34,515 nucleotides of DNA from a virus. The translations under genes were made by a program, and so were the position numbers. This document shows positions 7,676-16,229 of the stretch, piece by piece (within the stretch, counting starts at the first letter, position 1; the number at the start of each line of letters is the position of its first letter). The notes beneath the pieces were generated by a model. It made no database searches. It had not been told where the DNA came from and saw only the letters and a program-made list of their open reading frames with translations. The stretch spans positions 1-34,515 of the IMG/VR virus record IMGVR_UViG_3300013936_000007; one strand, 5' to 3'.

Positions 7676-9121
7676 TTACCCGATCCGCATCTTGCGGTTG
7701 GGGTCTCTCTTACTGGTCTTTGCTCCCCACAGCGCCAGGGCACATGCCTCAATCGGCAGGCTGTTGTCGCCGCCGAAGCCGTACCCGCCGCCGAAGGCCC
7801 GCTTGGTTGCGGTAACGGCGCTATCATTCAGCGCCGCCTGGGGCTTGTACCAGCTGAGGGTGCCATCGTTGACGGCATCAGTCAGCACGGACACCGCCGC
7901 AATCACATTTTTGGTATTGGCGCGGACAACAGCATCCTTCGCCCGCCAGGTATCGGAGATCCGATCCACCAGCACGTCCACGCCGTTGCGCCCGTCAATC
8001 ACCACGCAGCTGGCGCGGTCATACCGGGCATTCAGCCAATCCGCCAGCCACCGGATGCCCCGGCCGCAGGGCTGCATATCAATCAGCGAGATCCGCGCCG
8101 GTCCCTCCTGGGGGATTACAGCGCCGCACAGGCACACAGCCGAGCCGTCAGCGGCAAACTTCACGCCGTAGGCGGTCTTGCCCTCCGGCTTCCGCTCCTC
8201 CGACGCGCATCGCTCCCAGGCGGCCTTGTTCAAGGCGAAGTCCTCCTGCTCCGTCAGCACCGGGCTCCACCAGCCAAGCCGCTCCCGGGCAAAGCCGTCC
8301 CGGCTCATGCTCCGCAGCTCCTCGGCGGTAAAATCCTCGGTGAGATGGATGCCCAGCGCCGGATTGGTCTGGTACCACAGGTCCCGATCGTCAACGCTGA
8401 TCTTTTCCGCGTCGTCTCCGTCCGCACTCCACTCATGCCATGCATCATGCGCGCCGGGGGTCTGGAGGCAGGCCGTGCGTCGCCTGCGGAAAACAGTACC
8501 GGGGCACCCCGGATATGGAGGTGTCCCGGTATAGATGATCTGTCTGGTGCCGGTGGCCGAGGCTGCCAGTGTGGCCATAATAGCCTCCACCTGATCGTCC
8601 GTCAGCTCCTGGGCCTCATCGTACACAACCAGGCTGACCCCATCAAAGCCACGGACAGCCTGCCGTGATCGCGCGGAAAACTCGATCGAGCCGCCGTTGA
8701 CCAGCTCGATCGCTTCCTCTCCGTTCGTCCGGCGGATATTTTTGACCAGCGCGGCAATCTCCGGATGGCGCTTGTCGGTAAACATCCGCGCCAGCCGGTT
8801 AAATCCCTTTTTCGCCGTCCTGACCTGATGCGCCGTGTGGAGGATCTTTTCACCGCTGACCACCAGCCCGAAAAACTCCCGGGCCTCCAGGCAGACGTTT
8901 TTCCCATTCTGCCGCGGCAGCGCCAGACCCGCAGAGGTAACGCTGTAAGCGCCGGACGCATCGCGCCCGAGCCAGCAATCTACCACACTCCGCTGCCAAG
9001 GGTCCAGACTGTTGCCATACGCCGCCATCAGGATTGCAGCATCCTCGCCGTCAGATCGTACCCGCTCCGGCTCCACCTGAATCCTCGGCGTCTGTGATCC
9101 AATGCGATCCGCCATCGTCAC
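7676..9121 (-). CDS. terL: terminase large subunit
   Basis: 481 aa with Walker A-like LPRQNGKN and Walker B-like VVYDEAQE. The GTG at 9121 overlaps the terS stop; an alternative ATG is at 9115. Confidence 0.9.
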   Translation of the reverse strand: MTMADRIGSQTPRIQVEPERVRSDGEDAAILMAAYGNSLDPWQRSVVDCWLGRDASGAYSVTSAGLALPRQNGKNVCLEAREFFGLVVSGEKILHTAHQVRTAKKGFNRLARMFTDKRHPEIAALVKNIRRTNGEEAIELVNGGSIEFSARSRQAVRGFDGVSLVVYDEAQELTDDQVEAIMATLAASATGTRQIIYTGTPPYPGCPGTVFRRRRTACLQTPGAHDAWHEWSADGDDAEKISVDDRDLWYQTNPALGIHLTEDFTAEELRSMSRDGFARERLGWWSPVLTEQEDFALNKAAWERCASEERKPEGKTAYGVKFAADGSAVCLCGAVIPQEGPARISLIDMQPCGRGIRWLADWLNARYDRASCVVIDGRNGVDVLVDRISDTWRAKDAVVRANTKNVIAAVSVLTDAVNDGTLSWYKPQAALNDSAVTATKRAFGGGYGFGGDNSLPIEACALALWGAKTSKRDPNRKMRIG

Positions 9122-9534
9122 GCATCCTTCCGCTTGCCAAGCACAAGAGCCAGGGCAGTTTCCGGGGCAGCATTTCGGGCCGCAGCTGTCGCGCTGTCTT
9201 TAGCGGCGTCCGGCAGCTGTGGCAGGAGGATTCCAAGCCCGGTGCAGTACGATTTCCACAGGGCTTCATAGGCCTTAAATGCCGGATTCTGGCGGACGCC
9301 GGACTGGCCGCCGCCGTTGTCGTACTCGGTCAGCAAACCCGCCTCGCCGATCTCTTCTCGGGCGTCTTCCAGTTTGATTTGCATCCAGCAAATGTTATCA
9401 AAAAGGGGCGTGAGCGCGTCAATTTTCTCAGCGTCCACACCTGTTTCCCGGTAAAAACGGGTCATTTTTCGCACTGCTTTTTTACAGCGCTTGGAAATCT
9501 CCGCGCGTGCGCGGATAGATGTATTTTCTGCCAT
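9118..9534 (-). CDS. terS: terminase small subunit (P27-like)
   Basis: Start refined to the ATG at 9534, with RBS GGAAGGAGGA. Sits directly upstream of terL and downstream of the HNH gene. Confidence 0.65.
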   Translation of the reverse strand: MAENTSIRARAEISKRCKKAVRKMTRFYRETGVDAEKIDALTPLFDNICWMQIKLEDAREEIGEAGLLTEYDNGGGQSGVRQNPAFKAYEALWKSYCTGLGILLPQLPDAAKDSATAAARNAAPETALALVLGKRKDA

Positions 9535-9646
9535 TCGGCATCCTCCTTCCCCCGGATTGACCACCCCCTCCTGGGTCTATCCCTCGGGGGTAAATCGGCG
9601 CTGGACGGCGATGGGAGCGCCTCAGCGCGGGGCCGGGGCCCTCCCC

Positions 9647-9985
9647 CTACCACTCGCCGTCGGACACTCTGGGCAAACGTTTTGGCTTAGCAAACACGTC
9701 GCCTGTCCTTGCACCTTTTTGTTGGTTGCAAACGTAATGCGCAGCTTGCAGATTGCTCCAGTCTTCGGCGGCGGCGCGGGGGGATGAATAACCAAACTCA
9801 CGCCATCTGGAGACCGGACGAATCTCATCCACCACAAAGCTCAGCGGATGCTTTGCATCAGACGGCTCGTCGTAGTGGATCGGCCCAAGTTTTCCATGGC
9901 AGATCCCGCACTCACCGCCCAGGGCCTTGAGCCGCGCCCGATACTTCCGCCGCAATGCGCCGTTTGCATATCTTGGATTGTTCAT
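9647..9985 (-). CDS. HNH endonuclease
   Basis: CGICHGK...H...VDEIRP...NLQAAHYVCN pattern. Start at the ATG at 9985, with RBS AAAGGTGA. Confidence 0.85.
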   Translation of the reverse strand: MNNPRYANGALRRKYRARLKALGGECGICHGKLGPIHYDEPSDAKHPLSFVVDEIRPVSRWREFGYSSPRAAAEDWSNLQAAHYVCNQQKGARTGDVFAKPKRLPRVSDGEW

Positions 9986-10023
9986 TCTTTTCACCTTTTC
10001 CAGGATACAGGATAACACAGAGA

Positions 10024-10467
10024 CTATAGGACATTCAAGGACATGATTTCCCGCAGCTGCCGCAGTGCCTCCCCGTGGAGCCGAGTCACATGACGATAGC
10101 TATAGCCCAGCTCCACCGCTGTCTGTTCCCAACTGTGCAGTAAAATATACCGCTGCACCAGCACGTTATGCTCCGCCCCCTCCGGTAGTTTTGCAATCAG
10201 TTCCCGGGCTTCGTCCTTGGCAGCGATCAGCTGACCAATGCGCCGTGCGATTCTGTCCTTGCCGTCAGCAACCTGGATTGCCAGTGCCTCCACGCTGCCC
10301 CTTCCGCCGGAGGACTGTACAATGGGTTTCTCGTAGTCAAAACTCTGGAGGGAGCTAAGACTTTCCTCCAGCTGGGCCTGTTCCTGCTGGAGAGCTTTGA
10401 TCTCCTGGTCGATGTGCAGTGTACGCCGCAGAATCTCCCTTGGGTCTTTCTTATCTACGTTGTTCAT
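10024..10467 (-). CDS. late-gene transcriptional regulator (sigma-70 region-4-like, RinA/ArpU-type)
   Basis: 147 aa with a C-terminal HTH, SWEQTAVELGYSYRHVTRLHGEALRQL. Positioned just before the HNH/terminase genes, with RBS GGGAGGTAG. Confidence 0.55.
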   Translation of the reverse strand: MNNVDKKDPREILRRTLHIDQEIKALQQEQAQLEESLSSLQSFDYEKPIVQSSGGRGSVEALAIQVADGKDRIARRIGQLIAAKDEARELIAKLPEGAEHNVLVQRYILLHSWEQTAVELGYSYRHVTRLHGEALRQLREIMSLNVL

Positions 10468-10473
10468 AAGTTA

Positions 10474-11235
10474 CTACCTCCCCCCAGAATTAAAATGCGG
10501 CCCGTATAACTGGCCCGGTTTGGGCAGCCAGTATTTGATGAATGCGAACTCGCCCCACTCGTTTCGTGTACCATCCCGCTCAATGGTCACGGCTCCAGCC
10601 GGTGCCTCCAGAGTCACCTCATCGGGCACATCAATGGTCTCGACTTCCGGACGTTTCAGTCCCCGGCATGGGGTCCAGGTTCGTTCCCCCGGACGGGGTT
10701 TGCCATGATCCCGTGGCTCATGGGTCATATAGGTTGCCTTGTCCGTCACAGCCTGATCGTCGTTCTGCCACTCTATATAAATATTAGACCCATATGTCCA
10801 CAGGGCCCGGATGGTGTCAAAATCATCCTTACCGCCGTCGGCAGCGGACAGGACCATATGATGATGCAGCCGGAGACTGCCATCGTCCTGCACCTGCTGG
10901 GTACAATATATATATAGTAGCTGCTTGCCTTTGAGCTTCCATGCAGCGCGCAGTTTCCGAATGTACTTCCGCATGACTGCACCGGCGGCTTTGCGATCCT
11001 CAGGGAGGTGGGCATCATCATATGTCAGTGTCACCCACCAAAAGCCGCCAGGGAAATTCAGCGCAATCAGCATCTCCAATTTGTCCGTGGATTTCGAGAG
11101 ATTAAATCTTGCCTGTGCCTCCGTGCTGATCTGGCGTCTCGGCCCGCGGGAACGTGGCTCCGGCTGCCGGGAGGGCGCAGTGTACACGACACTGCGCACC
11201 AGCCGACCAGCTCTCATCGTCTTGAGCTTCTTCAT
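10474..11235 (-). CDS. HUH-superfamily rolling-circle Rep-like protein
   Basis: Motif I-like WWVTLTYDD, HUH-like LHHHMVL and a downstream Tyr region (KATYMTHE). The ATG at 11235 overlaps the upstream stop (ATGA). Confidence 0.55.
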   Translation of the reverse strand: MKKLKTMRAGRLVRSVVYTAPSRQPEPRSRGPRRQISTEAQARFNLSKSTDKLEMLIALNFPGGFWWVTLTYDDAHLPEDRKAAGAVMRKYIRKLRAAWKLKGKQLLYIYCTQQVQDDGSLRLHHHMVLSAADGGKDDFDTIRALWTYGSNIYIEWQNDDQAVTDKATYMTHEPRDHGKPRPGERTWTPCRGLKRPEVETIDVPDEVTLEAPAGAVTIERDGTRNEWGEFAFIKYWLPKPGQLYGPHFNSGGR

Positions 11236-11399
11236 GGTTTCTGACCGGCGCACGTTGCGCAGATGTAATGATCCACGATAGCTACAGATTCTTCTCGGGT
11301 AAAACCCTGCGTCACCAGCTGATCTCGCATAAATCCAGCGATTTCAGCGAGGGCCCCAATGCTGATCAGAATCGCTTTAACGTCAAGTTTCGGCTCCAT
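11232..11399 (-). CDS. hypothetical small protein
   Basis: 55 aa starting at the ATG at 11399, with RBS AGGAGG at 9-nt spacing. Confidence 0.5.
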   Translation of the reverse strand: MEPKLDVKAILISIGALAEIAGFMRDQLVTQGFTREESVAIVDHYICATCAGQKP

Positions 11400-11400
11400 T

Positions 11401-11613
11401 TTATTTTTCCTCCTGCTTGGTTGTTGTGGGTTGGTATTGCAAAGCATGAGGCCCATATCTCTGAACCTTTGCGACCCGTTCCGCGTGGACTTTGGGGTTC
11501 CAGCCGCAGCGGTCACATTTTCGTTGGCTGCAAAAGCTGCCCCGCATGACGATCCCACTGAGGGGGCAGATATACGTATCATCCACTTGTATCACCCGCT
11601 CCTTTCGTGGCAC
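11401..11613 (-). CDS. small Cys-rich (zinc-ribbon-like) protein
   Basis: 70 aa with a C..(n)..CSQRKCDRC pattern. The start is uncertain because it overlaps the upstream ORF by 35 nt. Confidence 0.4.
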   Translation of the reverse strand: MPRKERVIQVDDTYICPLSGIVMRGSFCSQRKCDRCGWNPKVHAERVAKVQRYGPHALQYQPTTTKQEEK

Positions 11614-11800
11614 CGGTCAGTTCTTCCAGCCGTTCCGCAGCATCCATTCCGATCTTGTCACAGTCACAGCTTCGAATCTCTTCCTCGCGCCATGTCTCGG
11701 TGACGCAATAGGGGCACGTCTTGCACTCGCTATCATCCGGCATTGGGCTGCTGCTGCACCGCAGCGCCCAGATCAGCCGTTCGTCGTTTACTCTGTCCAT
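11579..11800 (-). CDS. small Cys-rich protein
   Basis: Start at the ATG at 11800, 6 nt after GGAGGA and directly after the parB stop. Contains CKTCPYC...CDC. Confidence 0.5.
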   Translation of the reverse strand: MDRVNDERLIWALRCSSSPMPDDSECKTCPYCVTETWREEEIRSCDCDKIGMDAAERLEELTGATKGAGDTSG

Positions 11801-11802
11801 AC

Positions 11803-12996
11803 TCATTCCTCCGGTACCGGCATCCAGCCGCCCACAAGCTCCTGAATGGCCGTCGCGCCATCCTTGCGCATCAGCCATGCATCTCCGTCCCAGTACAGCA
11901 CACGATACTTGCATGAGTTGTCGACCTTACAGGTGTAATACCCATCCTTCGGCGGCTCCCCGGTCTGCCAGACGCTTTCCGCGTCCGCATCTCTCGCTGC
12001 CGCCAGTTTTCGGATTGCCAGCAGGGCCAGATAGTCATACACCTGGGAGTAGCTGATGGGCATTGTCCGATCACTGGCACTTCCGAAGGATATACCATTT
12101 GACATTCCTTCGACGCCGCGGGAGCTACAATAATAATAGCGAAATGCCTGTTTCAGCAGGGCAACAGCCTCTTTTTTGCATCCGGCGGTGCGGATCCTGC
12201 CGCAAAGCATAGGAGCTGCACCGTCCATTTTGGACAAAACTCCATCCGTTTCCTTCCGGATCGCCTCATACTCAGCATCTACGTCCTTTTGGTACACTTT
12301 ATCATTCAAGCTCAGCTGCCGCACGGTTTCTTTCTGCTCCGCTTCCGACTGTCTCGCCAGCTGATAGGCTTCCGAGGCGTTCAGCTCACCGGCTGCCACC
12401 TTCTCCATGGCTTCCGGTACCAGATTCTCGTTGACGGTATGCATCCGGCTGACCTCGTTCCGGCTGACGCCCATGGAATCGGCAATGTACTGGCTCAGCC
12501 CGCTGGGCAGCTTCCGTCCCTGGGCTTTCATCGCCAGCAGCGTCTCCCGCATAGCCTTCTCCTGCTGGAGCTTGTCTGCATAGCTCAGTTCACGGGCGGT
12601 GGCGTTGGCAGTCAGCAGGGCAAATTCCTCGTCCAGCGTGTCCAATTTGGACATAATGATGGAGGGAATTTTGTCAAACTCCATTCCGTGTGCTTCATCC
12701 CGCAGCAGCTGATACGCTGCCAGTCTCCGGTGCCCGGAAACCAGCCGGTAGCCGCGATCCTCTGCCGCAACCACCCGCACCGGATCCAGAAGGCCCACAA
12801 TGCTGATGCTCTCCGCAAGGTTCCGGATCCCGGCGATCTCGTAGAAGTTTTTGTCGTTTGCTTTGATGGCGTCCAGCGGGATCAGCCGGATCCGCTCCGC
12901 CTGGGGCTGTGCAGCCTCCGAGGGGCCGTGGATGGCAGCTGTGATGTCAAATGCCACTTGGAGCCACCTCCCATCCCGTGCTGTCCAGCGTTCCAT
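11803..12996 (-). CDS. parB: ParB-like partition protein with extra C-terminal domain
   Basis: The N-terminal ParB/Srx box LIPLDAIKAN...LLDPVRVV...YRLVSGHRRLAAYQLL includes the GxRR arginine patch. The gene lies directly downstream of parA. Confidence 0.8.
   Translation of the reverse strand: MERWTARDGRWLQVAFDITAAIHGPSEAAQPQAERIRLIPLDAIKANDKNFYEIAGIRNLAESISIVGLLDPVRVVAAEDRGYRLVSGHRRLAAYQLLRDEAHGMEFDKIPSIIMSKLDTLDEEFALLTANATARELSYADKLQQEKAMRETLLAMKAQGRKLPSGLSQYIADSMGVSRNEVSRMHTVNENLVPEAMEKVAAGELNASEAYQLARQSEAEQKETVRQLSLNDKVYQKDVDAEYEAIRKETDGVLSKMDGAAPMLCGRIRTAGCKKEAVALLKQAFRYYYCSSRGVEGMSNGISFGSASDRTMPISYSQVYDYLALLAIRKLAAARDADAESVWQTGEPPKDGYYTCKVDNSCKYRVLYWDGDAWLMRKDGATAIQELVGGWMPVPEE
12222..12236. 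repeat. dispersed palindrome copy 3: CGTCCATTTTGGACA
   Basis: Inside parB; translated as L-S-K-M-D-G. Confidence 0.9.
12639..12653. repeat. dispersed palindrome copy 4: TGTCCAATTTGGACA (perfect)
   Basis: Inside parB; translated as M-S-K-L-D-T. Confidence 0.95.
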
Positions 12997-13792
12997 CAAT
13001 GGTCACGCTCAAAAACTGGGCCACAAAATCCCGGTAATCCCGTCCGGCGCTGCTGTACCGGCTGTACTCGCCCAGCGCCTGACCGTAGTAGGTACTTTCG
13101 TCCACCTTGTCGCTCCGGCGGATCATGGCCGGGTAGAGCAGGACGTTTTCGGGGAGCGCATCCTCCAGGACAACCAGTCCCTGCTTGCATGCCTCCGAGT
13201 TGTGCCACATAGTAACCAGCACCGAGGGCAGCACCTCCCGCTCCGACGTCGATGCAATGATCTCGATCTGCTCCAGAATAAACTGGGTGGCCCTATATCC
13301 GAAGTAATCCACCTTGATGGGGATAATCACATCGTCGCTGCAATAGATGGCAGCCGCCGAGGGGCCGCTGAATGCAGGCGGGCAGTCAATCACCACGAAA
13401 TCGTACGGCCTGTCCGTCTCGCTGATGGCAGCAATAAAATCGCTGAGCCGTTTGGTGCAGTCGTCCGCGCTGGTCAGCCCCAGCACGAGCATCTGGCTGC
13501 AACTGGGCACCAGATCGAGCCCGGAATACCGGGTAGGGTAGATCATGTTTTCCGGGTACGCTTCCGCGCCGGTCAGCAGGTCATAGGCCCCCGCAATATT
13601 ATCCAGCTCCCAGTGGTCGCCCATAGGCGTGGGCGTGCCCAGCAGTGCTGTCAGGTCTGCCTGGGGATCCAGGTCAATGGCGAGCACGTGCATGCCGTAC
13701 TCGCTGGCGAGGATCTGGGCCATGTTGGCAGCAGTGATGGTTTTGCCCACGCCGCCTTTACTGTTCATAATACTAATTACCTTTGTCTTCAT
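12947..13792 (-). CDS. parA: ParA/Soj-type partition ATPase
   Basis: Deviant Walker A NSKGGVGKT, then LAIDLDPQ and VVIDCPP. Start chosen at the ATG at 13792. Confidence 0.9.
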   Translation of the reverse strand: MKTKVISIMNSKGGVGKTITAANMAQILASEYGMHVLAIDLDPQADLTALLGTPTPMGDHWELDNIAGAYDLLTGAEAYPENMIYPTRYSGLDLVPSCSQMLVLGLTSADDCTKRLSDFIAAISETDRPYDFVVIDCPPAFSGPSAAAIYCSDDVIIPIKVDYFGYRATQFILEQIEIIASTSEREVLPSVLVTMWHNSEACKQGLVVLEDALPENVLLYPAMIRRSDKVDESTYYGQALGEYSRYSSAGRDYRDFVAQFLSVTIDGTLDSTGWEVAPSGI

Positions 13793-15107
13793 TGTCGCAT
13801 TTAGTCCCTTCCATATTGATTTCTTGCTGCTCAAACGGCACGGGGGTGCTGTCCGGCAGCGGTTTGTAGACGTTCGGCACCGGCGGAGTCGATTTTGTGG
13901 GGATCGGCTCGAACCTCTGCGTCGCGCCGTACCAATTCAGCTCCAGCTGACCGGTTCGGCCCTGCTTGTTCTTGGCGATCTTAAGCTGGCGATGCCCGTT
14001 AAAATCCCCTTTGCTGGCGAGATACAGCAGCATAATGCTGTCGGCGTCCTGCTCGATCTGACCGGATTCCCGGAGGTCGGACATCCCGATTTCCTCGCTC
14101 TTTTTGTCGGCCTTAAATTCACGGCTGACCTGGCTCAAAGCGTGGACGAGGATTTTGTTGCGCTGGGCCAGCGTATGGATCCGCATGGAGATCTTTGCGA
14201 CCTCCTGCGTCCGGTCCCGTGCGTCGCAAGAGATCAGCTGGAGGTAGTCGATAAAAATCACGTCATACCGGTGTGCGACGGCGTGATGAAAAATTTCATC
14301 CACCGTCCACCCGTGAGCGCTCTGAATCCATAGCTTATGATTTGCCAGCTTTTTGCTGGCGGAAGCGATCCGGCTATAGTCAAATTTGTCGAGGGTCTGC
14401 TTGTTTGTCAGGGCGTCCATACTGACGCCGGACGACGCTGCAAGCAGCCGCTCATATAGCTGATCGTCGTCAGCCTCCAGCGTGTAGTAGCCCACTCGGT
14501 AGTCCACCGACTGGTTATATGCAATCTGCAAAGCCAGTGCGGTTTTGCCTCTTCCGGGGGCCGCTCCAATGACGTTCATGCCGCCGGGGCGGAGATGGAC
14601 CCGGCCGTCCAGCTCTGGGATCCCGGTTAAGAGATACCGCTCGCCGGTCTTGCAACGGTCGTAAAATCGCATGGTCAAATCCATCATGCTGCTCTCGTTC
14701 TGACGTCCATTTTGGACACAAAGCTCATTGGCCTTTTGGATCGACTGCTGCATCTCGTTGAGGTTATCCGCCCTGGCCCCCTCCGACAGCAGCTCCCGCA
14801 GCCTTGCCATCCGGCTGCGCTCCTTGACGAGGGTTATGTACTGCCCCAGCATGGCGGTGGATGGTGTCAGCTCCACAAGCTGGCTGAGGTAGTCCCGGTA
14901 TTCCGGTCCCAGTCTGGCAGCCACCAGCACCGGATCCGGGTTTTGACCACCGGCGAAGATCTTGGAGATCACCTCATAGGCCGCCAGTGCAGCCCCGGAG
15001 AAGTCCTCCTTGCTGGTGTTGCTCAGCAGTTCCGCCGCAAGGCTGGGATCTACAAGGACGCAGCCGATGGCGGCGTTCTGACTTTCCAACCACTCGCTGT
15101 TTACCAT
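13773..15107 (-). CDS. dnaB: replicative DNA helicase (DnaB family)
   Basis: 444 aa with the N-terminal DnaB domain motif AAIGCVL, Walker A GAAPGRGKT, and IFIDYLQLI. Confidence 0.9.
   Translation of the reverse strand: MVNSEWLESQNAAIGCVLVDPSLAAELLSNTSKEDFSGAALAAYEVISKIFAGGQNPDPVLVAARLGPEYRDYLSQLVELTPSTAMLGQYITLVKERSRMARLRELLSEGARADNLNEMQQSIQKANELCVQNGRQNESSMMDLTMRFYDRCKTGERYLLTGIPELDGRVHLRPGGMNVIGAAPGRGKTALALQIAYNQSVDYRVGYYTLEADDDQLYERLLAASSGVSMDALTNKQTLDKFDYSRIASASKKLANHKLWIQSAHGWTVDEIFHHAVAHRYDVIFIDYLQLISCDARDRTQEVAKISMRIHTLAQRNKILVHALSQVSREFKADKKSEEIGMSDLRESGQIEQDADSIMLLYLASKGDFNGHRQLKIAKNKQGRTGQLELNWYGATQRFEPIPTKSTPPVPNVYKPLPDSTPVPFEQQEINMEGTKCDNEDKGN
14704..14718. repeat. dispersed palindrome copy 5: CGTCCATTTTGGACA
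   Basis: Inside dnaB, in a different reading frame (C-V-Q-N-G-R). Confidence 0.9.
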
Positions 15108-15814
15108 TGCTCCATCCCTCCCGATCCGCTTGTCGTGGTAACCTCTTCAGCGTCCTCCCAACGGCGATTGTTCAGGAACGTGCTGGGCAATGGGATCGCT
15201 CCCCGCTGCCAGTCGTCCGTGGTCATCAGCGTCTGGATGCTGCCGAGGATCTTGTCCACCAGCTCACCGTCCGGATTAAGCTGCCCCCACCGCTGCCGGG
15301 CTTTCTGTTTGTCCTTCCGCCGTTCCGGCGGGTAAGCATCCCAAAACCGTTTGAAGCTGTTCTCCAGCTCCGGGGAAAGCTCTGTCTGTTGGCAGGGTCT
15401 CCGTTTCCCGCTCCTGGGCTTTCCCTCTGGCGCTGCCCCCTGGGGGGCTATAGGGGGATTATTTATATCTTTTTTATTATTTTGGGTGACATTTTTGTCA
15501 TGGTGGGGGGTGACATTTTTGTCATGGCGCTCCCCTGCTGCCCGCAGCGTGATAATGCGGATAGTTTCCCCGCCTTTATTGCCCACGTCTACCGTGATGT
15601 GGCCCCGCTGCAACAGCGGATCCAGCAGCCGCGGAATGCTCCGCGGCTGGACGTGGAAATACTTTGCGAATGTCTCATTTTTAACGGTGCAACGCCCATA
15701 GTAGTTGCAGAAATTACTAATCACGCCGTACAGCAGGATAGCCCGGGGTGGCAATTCCGGATCGTAAAACACGTCCGCCGGGATCACCACCCAGTATCCA
15801 GCTTTATCTCCCAT
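15101..15814 (-). CDS. replisome organizer / replication initiator (N-terminal winged-helix, DnaD-like context)
   Basis: 237-aa ORF directly upstream of dnaB. Its central low-complexity linker is encoded by the iteron repeats. Confidence 0.55.
   Translation of the reverse strand: MGDKAGYWVVIPADVFYDPELPPRAILLYGVISNFCNYYGRCTVKNETFAKYFHVQPRSIPRLLDPLLQRGHITVDVGNKGGETIRIITLRAAGERHDKNVTPHHDKNVTQNNKKDINNPPIAPQGAAPEGKPRSGKRRPCQQTELSPELENSFKRFWDAYPPERRKDKQKARQRWGQLNPDGELVDKILGSIQTLMTTDDWQRGAIPLPSTFLNNRRWEDAEEVTTTSGSGGMEQW
15484..15527. repeat. two 20-bp direct repeats (24-bp period), each containing palindrome TGACA-N5-TGTCA; candidate origin iterons
   Basis: gggtgacatttttgtcatgg occurs at 15484..15503 and 15508..15527. 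An AT-rich run gattatttatatcttttttattatttt lies just before them. Confidence 0.8.
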
Positions 15815-15818
15815 GGCG

Positions 15819-16100
15819 TCACCGATCGGAGAAGCAATCGACAGTAAGCCCGCTGATATGCGTGATGCCGCCGACCATGTCTTTCAGCAGATACAGCGCC
15901 TTAGCTCCATCCGAATTTTTGAGCAGAGAATCTCTGGTACCGTCCAATGCAAATGCCATTGTCGCAATATCCGTGGTGGTTCCGCGACCCTCGACCATTG
16001 CGTGCACGCCTCCGTCTCCGTTGACAGCGATCACTGCAAATTTTGTGGTGCGGGTCAGCACCTTCCCAGTCTCCGTGTCTTTGATTGTAATCTCCAGCAT
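15819..16100 (-). CDS. hypothetical protein
   Basis: 93-aa ORF with RBS AAAGGAGTGG. Confidence 0.5.
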   Translation of the reverse strand: MLEITIKDTETGKVLTRTTKFAVIAVNGDGGVHAMVEGRGTTTDIATMAFALDGTRDSLLKNSDGAKALYLLKDMVGGITHISGLTVDCFSDR

Positions 16101-16127
16101 TTAAGTCCACTCCTTTGTATGTGTGCG

Positions 16128-16157
16128 CCCCGGGGAGGTTTCACCGGCTCCCCGGGG
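16128..16157 (-). other. GC-rich intergenic hairpin (10-bp stem)
   Basis: ccccggggag / ctccccgggg with a 10-nt loop. There is no U-run, so it is not a classical terminator. Confidence 0.5.
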
Positions 16158-16229
16158 CTATGAAATTGGGGAGCATCCCTGCTCCGTCAGACCGTGGTAT
16201 GTCGGGGTCCACAGCCTGAGGCAGCAGGA

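Noticed and set aside
6017-8668. 883-aa plus-strand ORF, the longest in the track after the tape measure
   Set aside because: It is antisense to the portal and terminase genes. It is Arg/Gly/Pro/His-rich low-complexity sequence typical of shadow ORFs in GC-rich DNA, and it has no RBS. The minus-strand genes have clear motifs.
11075-11086. Partial matches to the dispersed palindrome (tccaatttgtcc here, ccattggaca at 6086..6095, tgtccacattgggc near 31581)
   Set aside because: Only one half-site matches, or the spacing is wrong, so they are not counted as copies.
12289-13804. Long plus-strand ORFs (307 and 317 aa), and similar ones at 742..1662, 2811..3878 and 5100..6044
   Set aside because: All lie opposite well-supported minus-strand genes (parA/parB, tail, capsid, MuF). 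They have Arg/Gly/His-rich composition and no RBS.
15484-15527. Possible CRISPR array (also considered for 2741..2794 and the (PK)n-coding hexamer repeats near 16511..16545)
   Set aside because: There are only 2 or 3 short tandem units, with no unique spacers of CRISPR size, and all lie inside coding sequence. No CRISPR array is present in the window.
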